Source: a virus
Taxonomy: Duplodnaviria; Caudoviricetes
Reading direction: 5' to 3' (one strand)
Length of the DNA: 58,956 bases
IMG/VR virus record: IMGVR_UViG_3300034073_000667
Coordinates: 1 to 58,956 of that record
The first letter of the stretch is position 1. Each line of letters starts with the position of its first letter. The notes beneath the pieces are model-generated. The model saw nothing but the letters and a program-made list of their open reading frames with translations, made no database searches and was not told the DNA's origin. Below, piece after piece: positions 28,187 to 35,907 of the stretch. Made by a program: the position numbers and the translations under genes.

Positions 28187-28365
28187 GGCAATACGTCCTT
28201 GAGATTGAATACACCATTGTGGTGGAAAGCGACAGCGATGACCCGGAGGCGGTATCGGATGACTTTGTGGCGCGACTCAGTGAGTTAGCGCCGTCCAATA
28301 ATCACATCCTGGGCTTATCGGTCCAGGTGCTACCAATCCCCGAATTGCGTGGATCACTCGATTGA
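28183..28365 (+). CDS. Hypothetical protein
   Basis: ATGA-coupled 60-aa ORF. Confidence 0.5.
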   Translation: MRQYVLEIEYTIVVESDSDDPEAVSDDFVARLSELAPSNNHILGLSVQVLPIPELRGSLD

Positions 28366-28669
28366 TGGCTCGAACCTCGTATCAAAACGCAGTGCAAAGC
28401 ATCAATTCAGGCAGCAAATTTTTGAAGCATGGGGACATCAATGCGCCTATTGTGGCGTGCCGGCTGACACGTTAGACCACGTCAAGCCACGCCATAAAGG
28501 TGGTGCCACAGTTGCTAGCAATCTTGTCCCGGCATGCAAGAATTGCAACCGTCGCAAGGGCAGCGAAGAATGGCGCGAGTGGTTCAGTCGCCAAGAATCG
28601 TGGACCGTCGATCGCGTTCTAAAGATTCAGGACTGGTCGATTGATTCAGCATCTGATGATAGAAAATGA
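28349..28669 (+). CDS. HNH endonuclease
   Basis: CAYC..TLDHVKP..KGG....NLVPAC..CN..KG. Confidence 0.85.
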   Translation: MDHSIDGSNLVSKRSAKHQFRQQIFEAWGHQCAYCGVPADTLDHVKPRHKGGATVASNLVPACKNCNRRKGSEEWREWFSRQESWTVDRVLKIQDWSIDSASDDRK

Positions 28670-28728
28670 TCGCCTGCCAGTCCTGCGCGTGATCCTTGCA
28701 CATGCCGTTGAGGCATACACGCCATACA

Positions 28729-29631
28729 TCACCGTGCCTTTCTATTGTTGGTTCCAAGTGGGGTATCCGCCAGCGGATTGCTCATCAGCATACGAAGGCG
28801 CATGATGCCTCGTTGCTGGATGGTGTACAGGCGCGTTTTGCTGATACCAGTCATCTCTTCAAGCTCTCCCCATGTCATCGGCTGACAAATAAGGCGCGCC
28901 CTAAGGACTGCTTGTGTTGTCTCGTCAAGGTACTTGCCAAAATACTCCATCATCTCTTGTATATCTTGCCTGACTGACAAATCATCATCATTGCAGCTAG
29001 GGTCTGCAATTGTTTCTGTGATGGTATTGCCATCTGAATCAGAAATGTACTGATCAAGGCTGGTCACGCGGTAGCTTTGCCGCAGCAACATGGACAGCTC
29101 TTTGGGGTCCATGTCCAAGTGCGCCGCTACCTGATTGGTGCTAGGAGCTTCGCCTAGCTCATGGCCAAGGTCTTGGATGGTGCGGTTGATTTTATACAGC
29201 ATCTCATGGACACCGATTGGCAGCCTGATAATGGCGTCATAGGTGATCAATGCCCTAGTGATGCCCTGGCGGATCCACCAGTAGGCGTAGGTCGAGAACT
29301 TGTAGCCGCGGGTGGGGTCAAACAGGTCCACAGCGCGCGACAGGCCGATATTGCCCTCTTGGATCAGGTCCATGAACTCGAGTGTCTTGTTTTGCCGCTT
29401 GTCGTACTTGCGGGCGATATGCACCACAAGTTGCAAGTTGGACTGAATAAACCGCTGCCGGGCGCGTTCACCGCTGCGGACTTCCCGCTGTTCATCTTTT
29501 GTTAATGGCCTTTCAAGTTGTTGCAGCTCTTTAAGTCTTGCGACACGTCTGCCAAGTTGTATCTCTTGCTGCGGCGTCAGCAATGGATATTTGGCGATAC
29601 TGTTGAGATAGTCCTTGATAGAGTCCGACAT
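28729..29631 (-). CDS. RpoD/sigma70-family sigma factor (cyanobacterial group 2-like)
   Basis: YL..I...PLLT..QEI.LG; region 2 SNL.LVV.IARKY..DLIQEGNIGL.RAV..FDPTRGYKFSTYAYWWIRQGITRA; region 4 HTH. Confidence 0.93.
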   Translation of the reverse strand: MSDSIKDYLNSIAKYPLLTPQQEIQLGRRVARLKELQQLERPLTKDEQREVRSGERARQRFIQSNLQLVVHIARKYDKRQNKTLEFMDLIQEGNIGLSRAVDLFDPTRGYKFSTYAYWWIRQGITRALITYDAIIRLPIGVHEMLYKINRTIQDLGHELGEAPSTNQVAAHLDMDPKELSMLLRQSYRVTSLDQYISDSDGNTITETIADPSCNDDDLSVRQDIQEMMEYFGKYLDETTQAVLRARLICQPMTWGELEEMTGISKTRLYTIQQRGIMRLRMLMSNPLADTPLGTNNRKAR

Positions 29632-29872
29632 GATGAATCCGTTGGTTCATACGATAGAAGCACAATTTCACGGCGCTGCCAACGCAAGCATGTTGCGCGC
29701 ATTACATCAACAGCAGGACTGGAACGCCCTGCTGGAGTATGCGCTGCTACTGGCCGAGCAAGAAGCCAGCCAGCGATCGCAGATCAACTGGCTAGTCCGT
29801 GAGTCAATGCGCTCATGCAGCGTTGAACCGTGGCATCTGGCTGCGGCGCGCGACCTTACTGGCCGTGACTAG
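29630..29872 (+). CDS. Hypothetical protein divergent from the sigma gene
   Basis: Helical ORF (LRALHQQQDWNALLEYALLLAEQEAS); start uncertain. Confidence 0.45.
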   Translation: MMNPLVHTIEAQFHGAANASMLRALHQQQDWNALLEYALLLAEQEASQRSQINWLVRESMRSCSVEPWHLAAARDLTGRD

Positions 29873-30361
29873 CTTGTCGTTGTTGTAGTGGCCAACGGCG
29901 GCATAGCTCAGTGCCGGCCGCTGACTCATGCGAAAAAATACCATCTGGCCGATCTTGAGCCCTGGGTAGATCGACAGCGGCTGCAGTTGCCGCTGGTTCT
30001 TCAGCTCCAGCGTTAGCGCGCTGCCATGCCACCCTGGGTCGGCATAACCGGCGTGCAAGTTCTCGTAGCCTTCACGGGCTCGGCTGGACTTGAGAAAGAA
30101 CAACCCAGCCACGTCCTCGGGCATGTTGAACACTTCCATCGTCTGCGCAAGGATGAACTGCCCTGGCACCAGCTCATATGGGTGATCAGCGGTGTAATCC
30201 TTGATCGACAGCGGAATCATCTGGTGGGATTCCACTGACTCAAGCATGATCAGGTCGCCCAACCGCAGGTCAAGGCTGGCAGGGTTGACCAGCTCAGGTT
30301 GGGAATGCTGCACCATGCCCTGCTGAATCAGGTCATGGATTTCGGTGTCAGATAAGATCAC
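29813..30361 (-). CDS. dcd: dCTP deaminase
   Basis: ILSD.EI, NPASLDLRLG, KSSRAREG, AG..DPGW.G..TLEL and KIGQMVF motifs; likely GTG start at 30361. Confidence 0.88.
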   Translation of the reverse strand: MILSDTEIHDLIQQGMVQHSQPELVNPASLDLRLGDLIMLESVESHQMIPLSIKDYTADHPYELVPGQFILAQTMEVFNMPEDVAGLFFLKSSRAREGYENLHAGYADPGWHGSALTLELKNQRQLQPLSIYPGLKIGQMVFFRMSQRPALSYAAVGHYNNDKLVTASKVARRSQMPRFNAA

Positions 30362-30572
30362 TGTTGCGGATGGCGATAATGTGTTTGTCGCTTGACCATT
30401 GCAGTAAGCAGCGTGGCACTTGCAGTTCACCAGGTTGCTGCGTATACCAACGATGTGCGCAGGCTTTGCAGCAGCGGCGTCTAACAATAGTGCCGTCGTC
30501 AAGCTGGTTTGTCATGACGACATAAGTCTGCCTAGATGCACAGTTAGGGCATTGAACTTGAATCGCGGGCAT
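30348..30572 (-). CDS. Zn-ribbon protein (NrdR N-terminus-like)
   Basis: CPNC....RRRCCKAC.HRWYT. Confidence 0.6.
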   Translation of the reverse strand: MPAIQVQCPNCASRQTYVVMTNQLDDGTIVRRRCCKACAHRWYTQQPGELQVPRCLLQWSSDKHIIAIRNSDLI

Positions 30573-30810
30573 CTTCTAGGTCTTTTGCCATGACTGCTGC
30601 GCTACGCAGCATTGTGCTGAGTTTGATTGGGCGCATGTTCTTCCAACAGGCATACCGGATGGCATGGCGGAAACCCATACTAATGTTGCCGTCGCCTAGC
30701 TTGCGTGCGGCTTCGATCTCTTCACGGCTCATGCGGATGTTGACCGTGAAGTTGCGGCCTTTAGCATCAGGCCTGAGATTGCTTAACCGATCAGCCACTG
30801 CATGTACCAA
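30544..30810 (-). CDS. Small RHH-like hypothetical protein
   Basis: TVNIRMSREEIEAARKLGDGNISMGFRHAI. Confidence 0.5.
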   Translation of the reverse strand: MVHAVADRLSNLRPDAKGRNFTVNIRMSREEIEAARKLGDGNISMGFRHAIRYACWKNMRPIKLSTMLRSAAVMAKDLEDARDSSSMP

Positions 30811-30989
30811 TTAGCTTTGCGCAGGTCTTCGTCATAATTGCCTTTGTGATTAGATCTCCAGATGTACTTAAAGACTTGACCCTTGCAGTAACCCCGGAAC
30901 TCTTCCGGGGTTAGTGCTGCTTGGATAGCTTCGATGCACTCAATGCCGCCTTGTGTGTAGTGCGGTGGGTGATTAACTGGGTCGGTCAT
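30783..30989 (-). CDS. DUF3310-like protein
   Basis: VNHPPHYT.GGIECIEAI..GYCKG..KYIWR..KG..EDL.KA.WY. Confidence 0.85.
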   Translation of the reverse strand: MTDPVNHPPHYTQGGIECIEAIQAALTPEEFRGYCKGQVFKYIWRSNHKGNYDEDLRKANWYMQWLIG

Positions 30990-31236
30990 TCTCTACCAAC
31001 TCCATCAGCTTGAGGATGTGCTCTGCGAAAGCAACATGGGTCATGACGGCATGGGTGCCCGGAGGCACCCCATAGCTGTCACGCCACCATGCATCAAACG
31101 CTGCTTTGATTGATGTGCTGTTCATAAAGCCCCGTGTAAAGTGCATGCATTGGGTGGTCGGGTTTATCCCGGCCATGCTCGTGGTATAAACGCTCAAGCA
31201 TTGCCTGGCGCTCGTTGTCCTGCTTGATATCACTCA

Positions 31237-31578
31237 TCAGAATGCAGCCTCCTCAGACTTAGCGCGTGGCAGGTACTCAAACCGCTGCACGTTAAGCACA
31301 TGCTTGCTGCGTTTGGTGCCGGTCTCCTTATCGTTCCAGTCTTGGCGGCGGATGGCGCCAGTGACCATGATGCTGTCGCCTTTCTTGCAGTTGTCGGCAA
31401 TCATCTGGCCGCCTTTGCCCCAGACCTCGACATCAATTGCATTGTTAATGTAATTGCCGTCTTTGTCTTTGCCTTCGCTGATGCCGCCACCGAAGTTGCA
31501 AACACAAGTGCCAGAATCAAAAAATTTAATCTGCGGTTCGCTAATAATACGAACGACGCCGGAAGCATAAAGGCTCAT
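31237..31578 (-). CDS. ssb: Single-stranded DNA-binding protein
   Basis: OB-fold VEVWGK..KKGD.I.V.G.I....W.DKETG.KRS; acidic/Phe C-terminus. Confidence 0.85.
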   Translation of the reverse strand: MSLYASGVVRIISEPQIKFFDSGTCVCNFGGGISEGKDKDGNYINNAIDVEVWGKGGQMIADNCKKGDSIMVTGAIRRQDWNDKETGTKRSKHVLNVQRFEYLPRAKSEEAAF

Positions 31579-31796
31579 GGATTGATCGGGGTAATGGAAT
31601 GGGATTCTTCAAAGGCCAGCACATCCGCTATGGGATACCTGACCCGCGACTCACCCAAGGGCAAGCCGAACCGTGGGACCGTGTAATAAGACGGTCCCTG
31701 GTTACGCAGCCGCTGGGATTTGATAGTGCTTGGCTTCAAACCCCAGCGTGCTGCTAGTTGTTCAGTCGTCAGATACAAGGTCAGCCTCCTTCTCAA
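31575..31796 (-). CDS. Excisionase/AlpA-like HTH protein
   Basis: [16 protein letters not shown]....R....GP....VRY...DV.AFE; start uncertain. Confidence 0.7.
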   Translation of the reverse strand: MRRRLTLYLTTEQLAARWGLKPSTIKSQRLRNQGPSYYTVPRFGLPLGESRVRYPIADVLAFEESHSITPINP

Positions 31797-32514
31797 GCAT
31801 CTGTTGCAAGAGTTTGTCGTGTTGCTCTTGCGTCAGGTCGCCGTCTTCCAGCCGCTTTGCCATGCGCGGTTGCAGGTCTTCGAGGTCCTGCAGGCTCTTG
31901 GCCTTGGCAATGGCTGCAGCACCAGCGGTGAAGAACTTGCTGGTGTCTTTGGCCTTGACCGCAGGCAATGCCGGCGCTGCCTCAGTGGTGACGGTTACAG
32001 ACTCAGCGGCCTGGTCCATCTCGTCGGTGGTGTAGACACCGGACATGTCAGCCGGGAACGCTTTGCGCAATGCCAATGCCTCGGAGCATTTGGCGATCAT
32101 CGCGGCGGGCATTTTGGACCACAGCCCTTGGCCGGCGTTGTAGTCCGCAAAGCGGGCAACGCCAACAAAGGCATGATTGCTGCCTTTGCGATGGACAATG
32201 GTCTTAGCTGCAGCGGGCGGCTTAGACGAGAGCCATACGTCCCTCCAGTCGCCCTCTTCACCGCACCAATAGGTCTCACTGCCGTCAAGCTGGCCAGTGC
32301 GCTCGGCAATGGCACGCAGGCCGTCAATGCCGGCTTGGATGGTTAGTTTGCCGCCACGCTTGATGGCGTAGATCTGCTTGCTGAACGGATCAAGGCCAGT
32401 GCGCTGGCAGGCATAGGCAAACAGCCGCAACTCGTCGTTGGTGCAGCCCGGTGCAATGGTGCTGCTAATCAATTGGACCTGATCGGGGGTCCAAGTGGTA
32501 ATTGCTGTTGACAT
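31762..32514 (-). CDS. bet: Redbeta/RecT-type recombinase
   Basis: [29 protein letters not shown] and [20 protein letters not shown] motifs. Confidence 0.9.
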   Translation of the reverse strand: MSTAITTWTPDQVQLISSTIAPGCTNDELRLFAYACQRTGLDPFSKQIYAIKRGGKLTIQAGIDGLRAIAERTGQLDGSETYWCGEEGDWRDVWLSSKPPAAAKTIVHRKGSNHAFVGVARFADYNAGQGLWSKMPAAMIAKCSEALALRKAFPADMSGVYTTDEMDQAAESVTVTTEAAPALPAVKAKDTSKFFTAGAAAIAKAKSLQDLEDLQPRMAKRLEDGDLTQEQHDKLLQQMLEKEADLVSDD

Positions 32515-33305
32515 TAGAAGGTCTCAGTTTCGATGGGATTTGTCGCCCACTTAGGCAGGCTGATGGTCTGGATGTTCGTGTCGCCATAGCCCGGCCATAC
32601 GTCAACCGCATGGCAAGCAGCGATCACGTCCATGCCATTGTCCCGCATGGTCCGCCCTAATGCAAGGGCTTCAGCGTCGAGTTCATAAACCGCAACAGCA
32701 TGCGGGTATGTCTTCTCGACCGCAACGAACACAAACCGCTGGCAGCGGTCTGACAGTCCTTCGAGGTAGTGCGCCGCTTGGATGTGGTAGCCGAAGGTAG
32801 CCACGCTGCGGGCGAATGCCTGCGGGCTGGCATCGGTGGTGGTCTTAATGTCCACGATGGTGCTGCCCTGATACCAGTCAGGGCGGCACTTGCAGCGCAT
32901 CCCGGTGGCGGTATCAGTCCACCAGAACGACTGCTCGGCCTTGCCGTTAGCCAGCAATGCAGCCGCTGCACGGTGATTACGGACTGCAGCGCTCATGCCA
33001 AGCGCTAGCGCCATGTCGCTTGCGGTGACGGCTTCTATGCCCTCGGCGGCCATGCGCTCGGCTTGCTCCTTGCCGGCCTTGGTGTTGCGTGGTGCGCACA
33101 CGCCGTAGCGGTTCAGCAGCTCCTTTGGTTCAAGGATGGCGCAATGGGCAAGGCTGCCCAGCTTCATCGCAGCAGTCGGCTCGACCGGCTTGCGGTTGGG
33201 GTCAACGTACCGGCTCCAATAGTGGTAAGGCGATTGCATTACCGCTTTGAGATGGCTGGCGCTGACGGCTGGATCGGCGTGGTACTTCTCGTTTGTGATG
33301 GTCAT
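32514..33305 (-). CDS. RecE/exonuclease VIII-like PD-(D/E)xK nuclease (DUF3799)
   Basis: YH....SAS.LK, CKCRPD, DIKTT and GYH.QAA.Y motifs; coupled to bet. Confidence 0.88.
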   Translation of the reverse strand: MTITNEKYHADPAVSASHLKAVMQSPYHYWSRYVDPNRKPVEPTAAMKLGSLAHCAILEPKELLNRYGVCAPRNTKAGKEQAERMAAEGIEAVTASDMALALGMSAAVRNHRAAAALLANGKAEQSFWWTDTATGMRCKCRPDWYQGSTIVDIKTTTDASPQAFARSVATFGYHIQAAHYLEGLSDRCQRFVFVAVEKTYPHAVAVYELDAEALALGRTMRDNGMDVIAACHAVDVWPGYGDTNIQTISLPKWATNPIETETF

Positions 33306-33490
33306 TTCTGCCTCAGTTGGCGGTGGATCAGGGTCTGCGGTCCGAAGCAGTGCAACAGTTGCGGGAATGCCTGCAGCAGGGCTTGACGGTTGCTGGGGTC
33401 AGCAACCAGCCCGGCATCAGCAAGGCGTGAGATAAACCCGCCGCCGTGCTGTTTGGCGGTCTGAAATGTCCAGAAGTCGTCTGATGTCAT
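33302..33490 (-). CDS. Hypothetical protein
   Basis: 62-aa ORF with ATGA overlap to the exonuclease gene (HGGGFISRLADA..ADP.N..LL.AFP). Confidence 0.55.
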   Translation of the reverse strand: MTSDDFWTFQTAKQHGGGFISRLADAGLVADPSNRQALLQAFPQLLHCFGPQTLIHRQLRQK

Positions 33491-33516
33491 GGGTAGGATT
33501 CAGTCGGTAGGGTTTT

Positions 33517-33545
33517 GACGGGGGTGTGGCGCCCCCGTCGTTTTC
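33517..33545 (+). terminator. Hairpin/terminator on the strand opposite the local genes
   Basis: GACGGGGG-TGTGGCG-CCCCCGTC followed by GTTTT. Confidence 0.55.
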
Positions 33546-33724
33546 TATGCCAGTGCTAAGCGGACGCGGTAGCGGCTGATGTGCATGTGCTCCGCAATGC
33601 GGCGCTGCGACCAGCCATAGCCCCGCAGCCGCTTGGCGCGTTGCTCAGTGCTCTCCGTTGCCCATAGCAGCACCAGCAACGGCAGCAGCAACAGGGCAAG
33701 GATCAGGGTCAGTGTGGTTGTCAT
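33545..33724 (-). CDS. Membrane-anchored HTH protein (59 aa; not in the ORF track)
   Basis: MTTTLTLILALLLLPLLVLLW followed by RAKRLRGYGWSQRRIAEHMHISRYRVRLAL. Confidence 0.6.
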   Translation of the reverse strand: MTTTLTLILALLLLPLLVLLWATESTEQRAKRLRGYGWSQRRIAEHMHISRYRVRLALA

Positions 33725-33978
33725 TTGCTTAAAGCGGGTGGAATGATGGGCTCAGTCGAGCCCGTAGACCCGACATAGGCGGCTGAACTCCGCCATGTCG
33801 AATTGAGGATGCGACATCCAGCGGTCAAGGCTGGCGCTCCAGCGGTCCCATGCCTCCATGTCTGACCCGACCGATGCGATGCAGGCCGACTGGCAGCGCA
33901 CAGCCATGTTGGTGGCGCCGGAGGGGAGCATGGCGAGAGGTGTGCGGGTCATGGGTGGGATCCGTTTGGGACCCCCAA

Positions 33979-34006
33979 ATCCTACACCATGCGCCGCCGT
34001 GGTCAA
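33979..34006 (-). promoter_or_regulatory. Putative sigma70-type promoter
   Basis: TTGACC-N16-TAGGAT on the minus strand; first 14 nt are identical to the promoter at 45028. Confidence 0.5.
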
Positions 34007-34350
34007 GCGTGGTCAGTCACAATCCGTAACGCGTCCTCAACGCTGCGCGCCACGCCTGCAATGCCGCCGGCAGCCTGCACCGCATCCAGCCACTGCTGCT
34101 GCTCTGGCCGCAACCTGCCGGTGGGGGTCTTGACCTCGATGCTGAGGAACACAGCCACCTGGGTGCCGACCATCTCAGGCGTGACCGTGACCGTGCGCCA
34201 TCCGATCAGGTCGGCGCTGCCCTTGCACAGCCCAAACTGCACCGGGCGGCCGCTGGCGTCCTTGAGTGTGCCGGTGTTATTGCGGAACACCTTGATGTCG
34301 CCGTGGCTGATGGCTAGCCGGATTTCCTGCTGGATGCGCTGCTCGCTCAC
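34003..34350 (-). CDS. VRR-NUC domain nuclease
   Basis: SE..IQ..I, G.ADLIG and IEVK...G.L.PEQ..W motifs. Confidence 0.85.
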   Translation of the reverse strand: MSEQRIQQEIRLAISHGDIKVFRNNTGTLKDASGRPVQFGLCKGSADLIGWRTVTVTPEMVGTQVAVFLSIEVKTPTGRLRPEQQQWLDAVQAAGGIAGVARSVEDALRIVTDHA

Positions 34351-35907
34351 TCATAGCCCATGCCGCTTGGCCAACCTAGCCTGATACACGCGCTCTGCCC
34401 AGCCGCGTTTGTAGCCGCGTTGCTGCGCCAGCTTGCGGAGGTCATCGAGGGTCTGCGCGCTGCCTTGCTCGCGGCGATCAGCCCGAATCGATTCTGATTT
34501 GGGTATCCGAATGTCATCAATTGACACGCTCCATCCCTTCCCCGATGGGTCATAACATTTCGCACGGCCATGATTTTTTTCTTCCTCGTATAGCTTTTCA
34601 AATTTCCAGCCTTTTATCCAAGGCTTACCATTAACCGCAAACGCTCTAACCTCAATCGCATCCCCAGGCTTTAAAGTTTGCTGTCGCCGCATCTCTACAA
34701 GCTCACCGTCAACCACCTTTAGCTCCTTGGTCTCCTGCGGGGCAAACACATGCCCGCAATCGCGGCACACCTGTGCAGCACTCATGCTGGTGCTAAAGCA
34801 CACCGGGCATACCTTGACACTCGGGGCTTGCTCGCGGTCGCGCTTTTGGGCGCCGTCAAGTGTCCAGTCGCGGTCCTCCAGGTGATGCCCTAGCCGCAGC
34901 GTGTTGCCGACGTGGTCTAAGACCACGGCAACCTTGTCTCCCGATGGCCTCAGGCAACGGCCGATCATCTGCAGGTGCAGGCTGACTGACTGCGTTGGCC
35001 TGAGCAGGATGCACCCGCCGACGCTGGGCACGTCCACGCCTTCACCGATCAGGCTGCAACTGGTCAGCACCTTGATGCGACCAGTCCCGAGTGCTGTCAG
35101 CAGATCCCTGCGCTGGTCGGCTGTCATGGTGCCGTCAATGCTGGCGGCTGGGATGCCTTGAGACAGGAACAGCGCCGCAACCGCCTCGGCATGCGCCACG
35201 CTGCAGCAGAAAGCTATCGCCGTCTGACCTGGCAGATGCTTGCGGTAGTGGCTCACGCAGTCGCCCATGATGGTGCCGACGCGCTGCTCGGCGTCCTTGG
35301 TGTCGAAGTCACCCATCCGCTTGCGCAGACCGGCGCTGTCGAACCCCGGTGGTGCCAGGACACGGGCACTGGCCAGGTAGCCGTTATCAGTCAGCCAAGC
35401 AGCGCTGGGTCCTTGCACCATGACCTCATAGTGGTCGCCAAGGCCGCGGCCGTCGCCACGGCATGGGGTTGCAGTTACGCCCAAGACATGCGCCTGCTGG
35501 AAATGCTGCAGCACCGTGGACCAGGTGTTGCTATTGGTGTGGTGCGCCTCGTCCACCACCAGCAACTGAAAGAACCCAGCCGGCAACTTGTGCAGCCTGC
35601 GAGCCAGGGTCTGCACTGAGGCCACCTGCACCGCATGGCTCAGGTCCATGCTGCGGCCTGCAGCAATGCGGCCATGGGTGACGCCCATGGCCATGAGGCT
35701 GCGGCTGGCCTGGTCCAGCAGCTCAGCCCTATGCACCAAGATGCAGACGCGGTTGCCCTTGCGGGCAGCAGCTTGGGCGATGTAGCTGAAGCAGACCGTC
35801 TTGCCGCCGCCGGTCGGTAGTACTGCCAGGACTCTGTGGTGCCCTAGCTGGTATTGCAGTCGGATGTCGGTGATGAGCTGCTGTTGGTAGGGGCGGAGTT
35901 GCATCAC
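34351..35907 (-). CDS. SF2 DExH-box helicase
   Basis: LRPYQ, PTGGGKT, DEAHH, TATP, EGVD and QMIGR.LR motifs; C-terminal CxxC pairs. Confidence 0.92.
   Translation of the reverse strand: MMQLRPYQQQLITDIRLQYQLGHHRVLAVLPTGGGKTVCFSYIAQAAARKGNRVCILVHRAELLDQASRSLMAMGVTHGRIAAGRSMDLSHAVQVASVQTLARRLHKLPAGFFQLLVVDEAHHTNSNTWSTVLQHFQQAHVLGVTATPCRGDGRGLGDHYEVMVQGPSAAWLTDNGYLASARVLAPPGFDSAGLRKRMGDFDTKDAEQRVGTIMGDCVSHYRKHLPGQTAIAFCCSVAHAEAVAALFLSQGIPAASIDGTMTADQRRDLLTALGTGRIKVLTSCSLIGEGVDVPSVGGCILLRPTQSVSLHLQMIGRCLRPSGDKVAVVLDHVGNTLRLGHHLEDRDWTLDGAQKRDREQAPSVKVCPVCFSTSMSAAQVCRDCGHVFAPQETKELKVVDGELVEMRRQQTLKPGDAIEVRAFAVNGKPWIKGWKFEKLYEEEKNHGRAKCYDPSGKGWSVSIDDIRIPKSESIRADRREQGSAQTLDDLRKLAQQRGYKRGWAERVYQARLAKRHGL

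Noticed and set aside
31575-31796. Integration module
   Set aside because: An Xis-like HTH is present but no integrase or att site was recognised
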